A stretch of DNA of 64,000 nt from a phage, in NCBI GenBank assembly GCA_026066175.1, contig GCA_026066175.1_4721.1. One strand, 5' to 3'. Within the stretch, counting starts at the first letter, position 1; every line of letters starts with the position of its first letter. Made by a program: the position numbers and the translations under genes. A model generated the notes under the pieces. It searched no databases and was not told the origin of the DNA. It saw nothing but the letters and a program-made list of their open reading frames with translations. Below are positions 46,991 to 56,057 of the stretch, in pieces.

Positions 46991-47418
46991 CGGAAATCAA
47001 ACTTCTCATCACGACCATAGTCTTCATGCAGGAAAACCTCATCCAAAACAAACTCAAGTTGTGTATCGACATCACGACCCGAGATATTTCGTTTGTACAG
47101 ATACAGTTCGATCGTGTCATAAAGCAACGTATGGATATCGTAATTGCCATTCGGTGAGAAATAAGGTAAGCGTTCATCGAACATCAAAAACAGATATTCA
47201 CTGTAGTTTAAGAACGGGATGATGTACCGACGTCCTGTCTGTGGTGCGCGAATATGTATCGAAACCTGACCTGGACGCGGAATCGCCGACGGTTTAGCAT
47301 CGTCTCTCTGAAATTGCTCTAAAGATCGCAACAAAGGTGGCCGCATTGTAACTCTCCAACGCCCAATTGTAAGGCCCTTCCAACATGTGTTCCCATACGT
47401 GAATAAACTCACTACCAA
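46861..47418 (-). CDS. Hypothetical protein
   Basis: N-terminal part looks like low-quality extension; start uncertain. Confidence 0.3.
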   Translation of the reverse strand: MVVSLFTYGNTCWKGLTIGRWRVTMRPPLLRSLEQFQRDDAKPSAIPRPGQVSIHIRAPQTGRRYIIPFLNYSEYLFLMFDERLPYFSPNGNYDIHTLLYDTIELYLYKRNISGRDVDTQLEFVLDEVFLHEDYGRDEKFDFRCRLSVMRSEVHQILRTWIPRVEDWWHFNFTLDTSMTLWLVVE

Positions 47419-47923
47419 AAACCGGTTCTAACGTCATCGTAAGATGCGTAAGTTCAGAAGCTGCAGCGTGATACGCGTCCACGTGTCTTTCCATCGAAGG
47501 TTCGTCTTCGTTGAAAATACGCTCGGTATCACCAGCACGTTCAATAAGTTCGGTAATGAGATCGATCCAAGTTTCGTGGCATGTCAGTGTTTCCTGTTCT
47601 CGACTTTGTATGCCGATGTCTGCGTGTACGCTGGACTCGAACCGGTCGAAAAGGACCCGAAGAACGTGCACCTTGTCGATGTATTTCACCGTTATCCAGG
47701 AAAGCGGTTGCCATCGACTCAACATCCATCCGGTGCTCGGGAACCCCAAACTCATATAGTACGGGTTGCACGGGGCCAAGGACGGAACGGCGTTGTTTGT
47801 AGCGTTCCTTAACGGCGAGGCCTTGTTTGACATAAATGGGTTCATTGGCGAGTTCTGCGGCTTTTCGTTTTGCGTGGGCCAATCGAAGTTCTTCCAATTG
47901 TCCAAGCCATTCAAATTGTTCAT
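47294..47923 (-). CDS. Hypothetical protein
   Basis: Overlaps 47541..48518 by about 380 nt in another frame; true start is probably internal. Confidence 0.3.
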   Translation of the reverse strand: MNNLNGLDNWKNFDWPTQNEKPQNSPMNPFMSNKASPLRNATNNAVPSLAPCNPYYMSLGFPSTGWMLSRWQPLSWITVKYIDKVHVLRVLFDRFESSVHADIGIQSREQETLTCHETWIDLITELIERAGDTERIFNEDEPSMERHVDAYHAAASELTHLTMTLEPVFGSEFIHVWEHMLEGPYNWALESYNAATFVAIFRAISERRC

Positions 47924-48518
47924 CTGTTAGCTCCTGGGGACGTTCAACAACCACGCCCGATGGGCAGACATTGATCGTAATGTTAATTGATGGCATCGCC
48001 ATCACTCGAGGATTACTATTACGTACACGGATAACATGTTCGGTTGCTGATTTACGATCAACGCAATATTCTGTCTCCTGAAACTCAAATGCTTTTAACG
48101 GTGCTGGTTTTGTTTGACGTTTTGGAACACGGCCAAGATCAACAATATAGGCATAATCGCACACACGTTCTATTCCGTAAATACGGTTATCCGACCAATT
48201 CTTACCAAACAGCTTGTTGTGATGATAAGACAAATATTCGGTTACCATACCCTGGACAACATCGAAGTCTTCTCGAAATTCAGGTTGGTACCAAATCGGG
48301 CCGAGAATATCTGCGAACGATTCATGACGATAGCGGCAATCATGCCGTGTCCAGGTCATCCTCTGATTAAGATCGAAATCAACCAGCAACTCAGTTAATT
48401 GCAGTTTTGCCTTCGGAGAAAGCTGGCGTTGATGATGCAAACTCAGGCAATCGATAAGCGGTAACGAAACCCACGACGCTAACGTATACAAATCGATCCT
48501 GGCTAATCTCTTGGTCAT
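47541..48518 (-). CDS. Hypothetical protein
   Basis: Long ORF; C-terminal Arg-rich tail may be spurious read-through. Confidence 0.4.
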   Translation of the reverse strand: MTKRLARIDLYTLASWVSLPLIDCLSLHHQRQLSPKAKLQLTELLVDFDLNQRMTWTRHDCRYRHESFADILGPIWYQPEFREDFDVVQGMVTEYLSYHHNKLFGKNWSDNRIYGIERVCDYAYIVDLGRVPKRQTKPAPLKAFEFQETEYCVDRKSATEHVIRVRNSNPRVMAMPSINITINVCPSGVVVERPQELTDEQFEWLGQLEELRLAHAKRKAAELANEPIYVKQGLAVKERYKQRRSVLGPVQPVLYEFGVPEHRMDVESMATAFLDNGEIHRQGARSSGPFRPVRVQRTRRHRHTKSRTGNTDMPRNLDRSHYRTY

Positions 48519-48609
48519 ACTCTTTTCCTAAGTCCCCATTGTTTATACACACGATATCTGGGAATAGTTAAAATATACGGCGTAAAACGAAACAGGAGAG
48601 TTTCTCGCG

Positions 48610-48930
48610 TTATTTTCTTCCTCTTTTGATACAACCGATACCCCTCTCATTTAAAGCCTCCCAGGCGCGGTTTATTTCATCTTCGGTTGCTCGCGTATCT
48701 CGCGGAACCACCATCACGCAGTCTTCTATCGGCCAATGCGTAGGACGAGGAGCAGCAAATAAATCGTCCCATTCAAACGTCCATTTCTTCTTCGAACGGT
48801 TATAGTAAAGTGTGAGGTACGTACGCGTATACGCTGGGTAGCCTTGTAACACGGCGAAGTCTTTTCGATCTTGATGTGCTTGATTCCATTCGTTAAAACG
48901 GTTTCTTATTCTTGTCCACCATTTTCCCAT
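48610..48930 (-). CDS. Hypothetical protein (106 aa)
   Basis: ORF on the gene strand. Confidence 0.4.
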   Translation of the reverse strand: MGKWWTRIRNRFNEWNQAHQDRKDFAVLQGYPAYTRTYLTLYYNRSKKKWTFEWDDLFAAPRPTHWPIEDCVMVVPRDTRATEDEINRAWEALNERGIGCIKRGRK

Positions 48931-48987
48931 AAACTCTCCTACACGGCATAAAAGCCTGCCCCGAAGGACAGGCTCATCATGATACTT

Positions 48988-49185
48988 TTAACCTTCCATC
49001 TTCAATGAGGGATGGTTGACGATATGTGCATGTTTGGTTGGGTCATACGACTGATAAGGGAAATAGCCATGCCATTGACGGCCTTGACATTTCGTACACA
49101 GGAACTGACCATCACGGCGTTGATGCTCGTATGCCAATTCAGTGCTATCAACGTGACCGCAACGTTCGCAGATAAACAGCGACAT
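48988..49185 (-). CDS. Small zinc-ribbon protein (65 aa)
   Basis: CERCGH ... CTKC spacing. Confidence 0.4.
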   Translation of the reverse strand: MSLFICERCGHVDSTELAYEHQRRDGQFLCTKCQGRQWHGYFPYQSYDPTKHAHIVNHPSLKMEG

Positions 49186-49201
49186 AGCGCATCTCCATGA
49201 A

Positions 49202-50182
49202 TTAGAAAAGCAAGAAACCGCTGTTCTTCGCTTCCGCTACGGTTTCATCACCCACCTTCGGTGCTTGTTGACGTGCGTTACGATGTTCAACAAAACGTTT
49301 TGCTTCGTCCGCGATTTGTTTGATAATACCCCCTAAACGATCGGTGCTTAATACGAACGATGTCGCTTCACGAATCGGGCTGCTTTCCGGCACAAAACCA
49401 TCACAGCTATAAATAGCATTAACACCCATGACTTTTGTTGCATCTTTCGGATACAACGTACAGAAAGCAATCGGGCTATCATGCTCTTTGGTCCACTCGT
49501 ATCCCATGAACGTGTTCAATTCGGTGATGGTCGGTTCCAAACCGGTAACACGAGGATGGTTTAAGAAGTTCTCCAGATCAGCGCTATCCAAGCGACGGTT
49601 CTCACCAGAGAACAACACACAGAGTTGGCTGATAACGATCTGGACATCCAGGTTAACGTCTTGCTCCGATTTCCCGTTTTCGCCATTCATGTGGTAGCTG
49701 ACAATCACAGGACGTTTCAACCCTTCTGCGGCTGCCATCAGTCCTTTGAACGTACGGTCAGCATTGATGGTCTGACGTTCATCGTCGAAGGAGGCAACGA
49801 TACAACAGACGACACGCTCACCGCGTTCCAGCAGGTTAGCGACCAGCGCAGGGCCTGCAACGGAACCCGAACCACCGCTTAAGCTGAAGACGACGATGTT
49901 GAATTTACCTGGCGTATGCTTATTAAGAATACCTGGGATTTGTGAGCAGATCAGTTCAGCATTCTCATCGCGTTTCTTACCGGAACCATCAAGCTCGCGG
50001 CCTGCTGCATCTTTAAAGATGTAAATGTGATCATCGTCCAGTGCGCTATCACGTAGGTTAGCACGGCTGGTATCAACATACGTCATGCTGTGTAATCCTT
50101 TCGCGACTTCGCCTTCAAATGCTGAGCCGATTTCGCCGCCACAACCACCAACCGCCCAAATATGTACTTGGTTCTCTTGCAT
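49202..50182 (-). CDS. phuZ: Tubulin/FtsZ-like GTPase, PhuZ-like
   Basis: N-terminal WAVGGCGGEIG and the tubulin-signature-like SLSGGSGSVAGP; size of 326 aa; ATG preceded by TTAGGAG. Confidence 0.55.
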   Translation of the reverse strand: MQENQVHIWAVGGCGGEIGSAFEGEVAKGLHSMTYVDTSRANLRDSALDDDHIYIFKDAAGRELDGSGKKRDENAELICSQIPGILNKHTPGKFNIVVFSLSGGSGSVAGPALVANLLERGERVVCCIVASFDDERQTINADRTFKGLMAAAEGLKRPVIVSYHMNGENGKSEQDVNLDVQIVISQLCVLFSGENRRLDSADLENFLNHPRVTGLEPTITELNTFMGYEWTKEHDSPIAFCTLYPKDATKVMGVNAIYSCDGFVPESSPIREATSFVLSTDRLGGIIKQIADEAKRFVEHRNARQQAPKVGDETVAEAKNSGFLLF

Positions 50183-50246
50183 GTGAACTCCTAACTTGAT
50201 ATGTATTTAACGCACAATGAATCTTTCTTTACTAAAGGGGTGACCC

Positions 50247-51089
50247 ATGGGTGCTATTGACTACAGTGTCGATCGTATCTGCCGTACAATACCGGCAGAT
50301 ATTCTACAGTATTGCTATATCGATCGTTACGATTGGCGTAACCGCTATCCGCGTTCCGTTGAAGATATCATTACCGATTGGGTAATCCGTAAACGGGTTA
50401 TCGGAGACATCGATATCTACGGGGGGCTACAGACCGTTATTCCTCTTGATGATGCAGGCGTTACGATTGAAGAAGTCACCATTAACTGTTATGTTTTCCA
50501 TATTCCGCTGGAAGCGACACAAGGACGTTATATCACGTCAGCCTTGTCGATTATCTCTGGGAGCGTGAATAACTACGGAATCAACTATAACGGTCAATGG
50601 GGGGCGTTCAACCAAACCCAGTTCCAACGACAGCTTTGCGGATGGAACCCCGCAAGCAACGCATTGCAACAAGGGATGAATGCATTCGGTCCGGTGAACA
50701 TCCTCAGTACTGCTAACGTTGACATCATCGCACCTAACACCATCATGGTGAACAACGTCACACCGGTTCAATTCCCGTTGAGCTTACGCTGTTTCCTTGC
50801 CCATGATCCAGAACTAACCAACCTCAGCATGGAAGTCTGGAACGACTTTTACAAGCTCTGTTTATACGCCACACAAAGTGACATCTATAACAGAACCGTT
50901 ATTCGTCTCGATCGTGGTGTTACCGCACAAGGTCAAGAAGTCGGTGCATTCAAGGAATACATCGATCGCTTCGCTGATGCGGAAAACACCTACCAGGAAT
51001 TCCTGAACGAGACGTGGGCAGGCGTTGCTGCATGGAACGACCCACAAACGAAACGTCGGGCAATACGTCTGCAAACCGGTTACTTCTGA
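50247..51089 (+). CDS. Hypothetical protein (280 aa)
   Basis: ATG preceded by AAAGGGG; followed by a hairpin. Confidence 0.45.
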   Translation: MGAIDYSVDRICRTIPADILQYCYIDRYDWRNRYPRSVEDIITDWVIRKRVIGDIDIYGGLQTVIPLDDAGVTIEEVTINCYVFHIPLEATQGRYITSALSIISGSVNNYGINYNGQWGAFNQTQFQRQLCGWNPASNALQQGMNAFGPVNILSTANVDIIAPNTIMVNNVTPVQFPLSLRCFLAHDPELTNLSMEVWNDFYKLCLYATQSDIYNRTVIRLDRGVTAQGQEVGAFKEYIDRFADAENTYQEFLNETWAGVAAWNDPQTKRRAIRLQTGYF

Positions 51090-51590
51090 TTATCTGTGGT
51101 TCCCTCCCTCGGCGAGTTCGAGGGAGGTCTCAACAAAGCCAGCAGCAACACCACTCGCCGATATCTGTAAGGTATCGTTGAAGATAAGATCGTCAGGTAA
51201 ACAATCGAAGTAAATACCATATTGCGTGTTTGTCGTATTAATGATCAATGACGGCGTCGGTCGCGTTTTCTTAATGTCGGTGATATACAAACGTAAGAAC
51301 GTTTCACCGTCTTCGCTATCCGTAAAACGATACGCGTTACCAGAAAACTCGACACGTGGCGTAACGATAAACTGCACGCGATCGTCAGCCGGATGGATAT
51401 TTAGCCACCGTGCGATATCATCTGTGTTCACGTTGTGCATACTCAGCACGGTATACGCAAACAACGTAGCATGATGTTTGGAATAATGCAGTACATAAGC
51501 CGCATCTTTCTTTTTGTGAACCCCTTCAACGTATTCTATTGTCGTGTAGCCTGATTTATAAAGCTTTACTTGCGGTTTCTCATTCATCAT
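51090..51590 (-). CDS. Hypothetical protein
   Basis: Track start 51671 is TTG; first ATG at 51590 forms an ATGA overlap with the stop of 51587..51886. Confidence 0.4.
   Translation of the reverse strand: MMNEKPQVKLYKSGYTTIEYVEGVHKKKDAAYVLHYSKHHATLFAYTVLSMHNVNTDDIARWLNIHPADDRVQFIVTPRVEFSGNAYRFTDSEDGETFLRLYITDIKKTRPTPSLIINTTNTQYGIYFDCLPDDLIFNDTLQISASGVAAGFVETSLELAEGGNHR
51102..51127. terminator. GC-rich hairpin (ccctccctc / cgagggagg)
   Basis: Downstream of the plus-strand gene 50247..51089; overlaps the 3' end of the minus-strand ORF. Confidence 0.4.
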
Positions 51591-51886
51591 AACAACCCTT
51601 CCCGTTTCATCGCAGAACGCATACTTGCGTAAAGCGCATTCTTCATTGCACCTGGACGTAACGGATAACAAATCTCATATCGACGTCCTTGTTTTACAGC
51701 GATCTTCCTTCCATTCAAAAACAACGTTCCATTATCCAGCAAGAGCTCACCTTGCAATACCATGAGCCCTGCCTTAACATGCCGTCCTTCTTCTTTGGTT
51801 AACACTTTGTAGCCGTGTTTATCCAATAACCACAACTCGTAAATACCGTGCGCAGCCTTCGGTGTTACTTTCTTTTTCGTCGTCAT
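51587..51886 (-). CDS. Hypothetical protein (99 aa)
   Basis: ORF on the gene strand. Confidence 0.4.
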   Translation of the reverse strand: MTTKKKVTPKAAHGIYELWLLDKHGYKVLTKEEGRHVKAGLMVLQGELLLDNGTLFLNGRKIAVKQGRRYEICYPLRPGAMKNALYASMRSAMKREGLL

Positions 51887-51898
51887 GATCGATACTCC

Positions 51899-52279
51899 TT
51901 AAACTCCTTGTCGGATCATCACCAACCGGAGCATATTGTATTCCAACGTGGCGCTTTCTAATTCGAATTCATATCGATACCAGAAATTCGGCTCCAATTG
52001 GTTTACAATACAACAACGCACCTCCGTTTGCACCTTCCTTGACAGCTCACGTAAGAAACGGGTTACCTCCGGTTTGAAGTAGTGCGCCAAACCTAACCGA
52101 TCGGAATAAAACAGGCCGCTGTCATTCGCAGCCTGCAGGATAACATATTCGACCATCAGATGACGTACATTCGGTTCAGGTACCGACGAACATAACGCAA
52201 GATCCAACACATCAACGATCGGACCAACGTACACGGCAGCACGGTATTCACGAATAACATCAACGTTATCCATGGCCAC
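51899..52279 (-). CDS. Hypothetical protein (126 aa)
   Basis: ORF on the gene strand. Confidence 0.4.
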   Translation of the reverse strand: MAMDNVDVIREYRAAVYVGPIVDVLDLALCSSVPEPNVRHLMVEYVILQAANDSGLFYSDRLGLAHYFKPEVTRFLRELSRKVQTEVRCCIVNQLEPNFWYRYEFELESATLEYNMLRLVMIRQGV

Positions 52280-52286
52280 CTACTGA

Positions 52287-53111
52287 TTAGTTGTTGCTTT
52301 CCGATAGGTTGATATAGTCAAACGCACGATCGCGTAAACAGGCATAACGAGGCAACGCGCTAAGGATAATCATCTTCAGCTGCATCGCAAGCGACATGCG
52401 TTCTTCCTCGGTCGCATCATCCCCCCATTTACCCGGTTTAACCTGGATGGGTTCCTGAGGATCCTGCGGAAAGATAAAACTCAACAGCAGGTAATCCGTG
52501 CGGAATTCCCATACCTCCCGTCCATCGCTATTGGTTTCTTTACGCAACGTGAACGGCTGACGCTCCGTGGTAGGATCCAACATCAGTGGACGACCACGAA
52601 CAACCTCAAGTTTACGTGGGCTGACGAACGTTGTTCGTTCTGGAAGATGCTTTTCAACCTCGTCGGTATCTAACAAGAACAAAATGATATCATCAAAATG
52701 CTCGGGTGCGAACGTGTGTATTGGCTCACCGTCGGTGTAGGAACAGATCGCCTGGAGTATGGGTGTTTTATCCGAGAAGCTCTGGCATGACCCGCGCGTG
52801 ATCGGTAAGGTATTCCAAAGATGTTCTGTAGACAACTCCACCGGCACCAACGGCTGATCATCGATGAACACCACGCAGGTCATCCCAACAGGAATATGTC
52901 CGTCGTTATTCGGTTCGAAGACCAAGCGAAGTTTACCGGTGATCAATGCTAACTCATCCGGCAGTAAACGATTCGCTGAACGCGCCAAACGGAATCCGGT
53001 TGCTTGGTGATATGGTTCGGGTTTATAACCACGGACAATAAGGGAAACCTCCGCAAGTTCGATGCTTACGAAGGCGTTTTTGATGTCCTTATTGTTCATC
53101 GTTAACGTCAT
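52287..53111 (-). CDS. Hypothetical protein (274 aa)
   Basis: ORF on the gene strand. Confidence 0.4.
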   Translation of the reverse strand: MTLTMNNKDIKNAFVSIELAEVSLIVRGYKPEPYHQATGFRLARSANRLLPDELALITGKLRLVFEPNNDGHIPVGMTCVVFIDDQPLVPVELSTEHLWNTLPITRGSCQSFSDKTPILQAICSYTDGEPIHTFAPEHFDDIILFLLDTDEVEKHLPERTTFVSPRKLEVVRGRPLMLDPTTERQPFTLRKETNSDGREVWEFRTDYLLLSFIFPQDPQEPIQVKPGKWGDDATEEERMSLAMQLKMIILSALPRYACLRDRAFDYINLSESNN

Positions 53112-54126
53112 TGTTCATTTTCTCCGTTGCAACAAATCGTTCAAGTTCATTCAGTAAACGTGCTTTTAACGTCGCATCCACGTCTGGTGCATGTTTATCA
53201 CGGTACCATTCTGTTCCGTTGTACTGTAAACTTACATGCCATGTGCCTAATGGACTATCTTCTGCCGCTGCGATGAAGTTCTTAACACCGGTTTTGGTTG
53301 GATACTCCATGATCGGCATGGCTTTATCTGGATCCATCAGCGTAAGATCCTGGAAGTTATAATCCAGAAGTGTCAACATGCGTTGCTTACGTAGTAACAC
53401 TCCGCATTGCAGGATGGTAAAATCGATTCCCCAGAAACGGAGTTTACCGCCCACGCCTATTGGCGTATGCCCACGATAAACCGCAAGATAGATTTCCCCT
53501 TTATCGGTTTCTTTGTTGTAGCCTGCGATGAACGCTGCGGTGATCAACGGCTGTTCGCCTTTCGCTAAAAAAGCAGGATGGCTACGATACAACCAATCGC
53601 TACGAATCAAATCGGTAACCTGACCTAAACGTGCGGTGGGTACCATCGTTGACCCTAAGGTTTCATCAACCGGGATCTGATAATACTCGAACAGAACCCC
53701 ATCGACTTCTTCGGTTGCATAAGGCGTACGCTCTGGATCGTTAAGTACCTTACGAAGTTTCTCATCGATTTCGTTTACACGATCGTCATGCGCTTTCTCA
53801 CGGCTTCCAACAACGAAAGCAACCAGATTGCGTACACTTACGAAGACGTCATCTTTTTCGGTCTCGGTAAGATCTTCCGCATCAGGCATCGTTGTCCAGT
53901 GCAAAGGACCTTCTACCACCTTAAGCCACTTATCTTCACGTTCAGGATAAACAAACGGTTTATGAACAGGAACATCCGTGTGTTGAACACGTAACAGTAA
54001 ATTGCATAACGGAGGTAATGTTTTCTCTAACGGTGGAACAATACCTGATGTAACAGCAATGACATAACGGTTAAGAACAAGAGAAGCGGAATAGGTAATG
54101 TTATCTAATCCTGGTAATTGATCCAT
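53089..54126 (-). CDS. Hypothetical protein (345 aa)
   Basis: ORF on the gene strand; an AT-rich region lies upstream. Confidence 0.4.
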   Translation of the reverse strand: MDQLPGLDNITYSASLVLNRYVIAVTSGIVPPLEKTLPPLCNLLLRVQHTDVPVHKPFVYPEREDKWLKVVEGPLHWTTMPDAEDLTETEKDDVFVSVRNLVAFVVGSREKAHDDRVNEIDEKLRKVLNDPERTPYATEEVDGVLFEYYQIPVDETLGSTMVPTARLGQVTDLIRSDWLYRSHPAFLAKGEQPLITAAFIAGYNKETDKGEIYLAVYRGHTPIGVGGKLRFWGIDFTILQCGVLLRKQRMLTLLDYNFQDLTLMDPDKAMPIMEYPTKTGVKNFIAAAEDSPLGTWHVSLQYNGTEWYRDKHAPDVDATLKARLLNELERFVATEKMNNDVNDEQ

Positions 54127-54129
54127 GAT

Positions 54130-54330
54130 AGAAATCCTTATTGGTTTTGATCTGTTGTTTAATTAACATATTAAGTTTTAAAGAGGTTATGTTTTACGTC
54201 ATATTCGATGTTTGTATTGATGAATTAGAATACTTGTATTTTTAAGCGAGTATAATAATAGTAATAAACCTAAATTAATCTCTGTTACTTACTGTTCTAT
54301 CTAAAGATAGTAAACTGATATAATGCTCCC
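54130..54330. promoter_or_regulatory. AT-rich non-coding region, candidate promoter cluster or other regulatory element
   Basis: About 200 nt of markedly AT-rich sequence with no ORF, containing tataataatagtaataaa and the palindrome ctatctaaagatag, followed by a hairpin near 54370..54388. Confidence 0.3.
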
Positions 54331-54463
54331 CACCACCCCATTCTCCCAAGTAATACTGGCCTACCGGCCCTCTCCTTTTTAGGGAGAGAGGTAAGCATTC
54401 AGTATTGCTCAAATGAATAAGCAAAGCTGTAGAGATTTACTGCCGCTTTACCTCTCTTATCTA

Positions 54464-54814
54464 TCAACACCCTATCTCTGCATAAACCTTCAATGCTTCG
54501 AATGCATCTCCCTTCTTTGTCATCGTCTTGTACAGACGTGATTGAGCAATGATTTTTACCCATTGCTTAGGATCATGAAAATTCACGTTTTCAAAATGAG
54601 GTGTGTGATCATCATTGAATTTGATGTACCCTAAAAGCAATCCGGTATGAGAACCTCGACGGAGTTCGATATGGGGTTTGAAGAAGATACGATTGTCTGG
54701 TGGATACCAGCTTACCGTGTAGTAATGGTTTCCCGAAACAACGATTTCATGAACCTGTTTTGTTTCGTCATCGATAACCGCGTTCACGCAAGGAATCATT
54801 AATTTTTGAAGCAT
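54464..54814 (-). CDS. Hypothetical protein (116 aa)
   Basis: ORF on the gene strand. Confidence 0.4.
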   Translation of the reverse strand: MLQKLMIPCVNAVIDDETKQVHEIVVSGNHYYTVSWYPPDNRIFFKPHIELRRGSHTGLLLGYIKFNDDHTPHFENVNFHDPKQWVKIIAQSRLYKTMTKKGDAFEALKVYAEIGC

Positions 54815-55398
54815 GGGACATAAACCTCCATCAACATCGCATAAAGCGCACCAAGCCCGTGTAGGACTCGGTTAGGGGCAAAGGTAGGTGTATAGCAGAC
54901 TTGTTCAGTGGGCGCTTGCTGACGCAGATCGAGAGGATCCCCGTTGATAAGCATTTGTAGAAGATCGGTGTCGTCCTGTAAGGTATCTTCATCGATATAC
55001 GCATCAACACAGAGCAGTCGATGTAACTGTTCGGGTTTAATTGAGATGCCGACAACCATGCAGTTGTTGTAGGTCGCGTTGTCCAGAAAGAAGTGAATAA
55101 CCCCTGCTTGCGGATCGCCGCTGTAATGCAGCCATTGAGTAAAACCCGCCGACATCATCCACAACGGGTTATGTTGCAATGCGCCGACAACACGGGTTTC
55201 GAATTCCAAACCGAACTTCTGGAAGATCGCGCCCATCTGGAAACGATCTTCATCCAAACGGTAACGGAAGATACAGGCATCAGAGCCTGTTGAGTTATCA
55301 TACACCGAAAGATACCCACGATGGATTTCCACGGTAACGTTGTTATCATTAAGCGTAGCGCTTGCGACGCCGTTAGCAAAGGTTGGTACAAAGCTCAT
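54799..55398 (-). CDS. Hypothetical protein (199 aa)
   Basis: ORF on the gene strand. Confidence 0.4.
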   Translation of the reverse strand: MSFVPTFANGVASATLNDNNVTVEIHRGYLSVYDNSTGSDACIFRYRLDEDRFQMGAIFQKFGLEFETRVVGALQHNPLWMMSAGFTQWLHYSGDPQAGVIHFFLDNATYNNCMVVGISIKPEQLHRLLCVDAYIDEDTLQDDTDLLQMLINGDPLDLRQQAPTEQVCYTPTFAPNRVLHGLGALYAMLMEVYVPCFKN

Positions 55399-55973
55399 CT
55401 TGTAATCCTTAATTTACCTGAATGAATGATTGTTGTTGGGTCGACGACGCGACCGTATTTCGCGTTACGTAGTACACGATGCCCAAAGAAGTCAGCGGTT
55501 TCTAACACAACCGTATAACAACCCAGTTGATGTTGGTGCCCCCAAAACCGCTCAATGGGAATCCAGCATGGTGTCATGCCTTTATGTCGCCAATCGGTAA
55601 CGCAACCAAATTCAGCAAACTGCTCAGTAAACCACTCGTCGATATCGGTATCCGTAAAGAGAAAGACATGATCTCTAACCAGATAAGCGAATCCAGGATA
55701 AAAAAGCTGCGGGTCGTCAGCGTCACGAAGATAGACACGAAGTTTATCTAACGTGCCCTCGATAACGATCGTATCGGGTAATCCTGGCGGTGTGAATCGA
55801 AGTTGGAAATTATCCTCGTTTGCTGAAGCGTTAACCAAATACCCCAATTGAAGAGGTCGATGCAATTCGAAGAGATTGAACGTTAGTGCATATTCGATAT
55901 ACTCTAATCCTATATTCATGTTTGACCTATGTGGTATGGATGACATTACGTTGCCTTCCGCGGATATAATCAT
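55395..55973 (-). CDS. Hypothetical protein (192 aa)
   Basis: ORF on the gene strand; 4-nt overlap with the downstream gene. Confidence 0.4.
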   Translation of the reverse strand: MIISAEGNVMSSIPHRSNMNIGLEYIEYALTFNLFELHRPLQLGYLVNASANEDNFQLRFTPPGLPDTIVIEGTLDKLRVYLRDADDPQLFYPGFAYLVRDHVFLFTDTDIDEWFTEQFAEFGCVTDWRHKGMTPCWIPIERFWGHQHQLGCYTVVLETADFFGHRVLRNAKYGRVVDPTTIIHSGKLRITR

Positions 55974-56057
55974 GAAGGTAATGTAGGTTTATTTTAATCT
56001 CCATTTCGCGATGATATGACAGTCTTTATTACGTTTACCATCTGAGGGAGCATGCTC

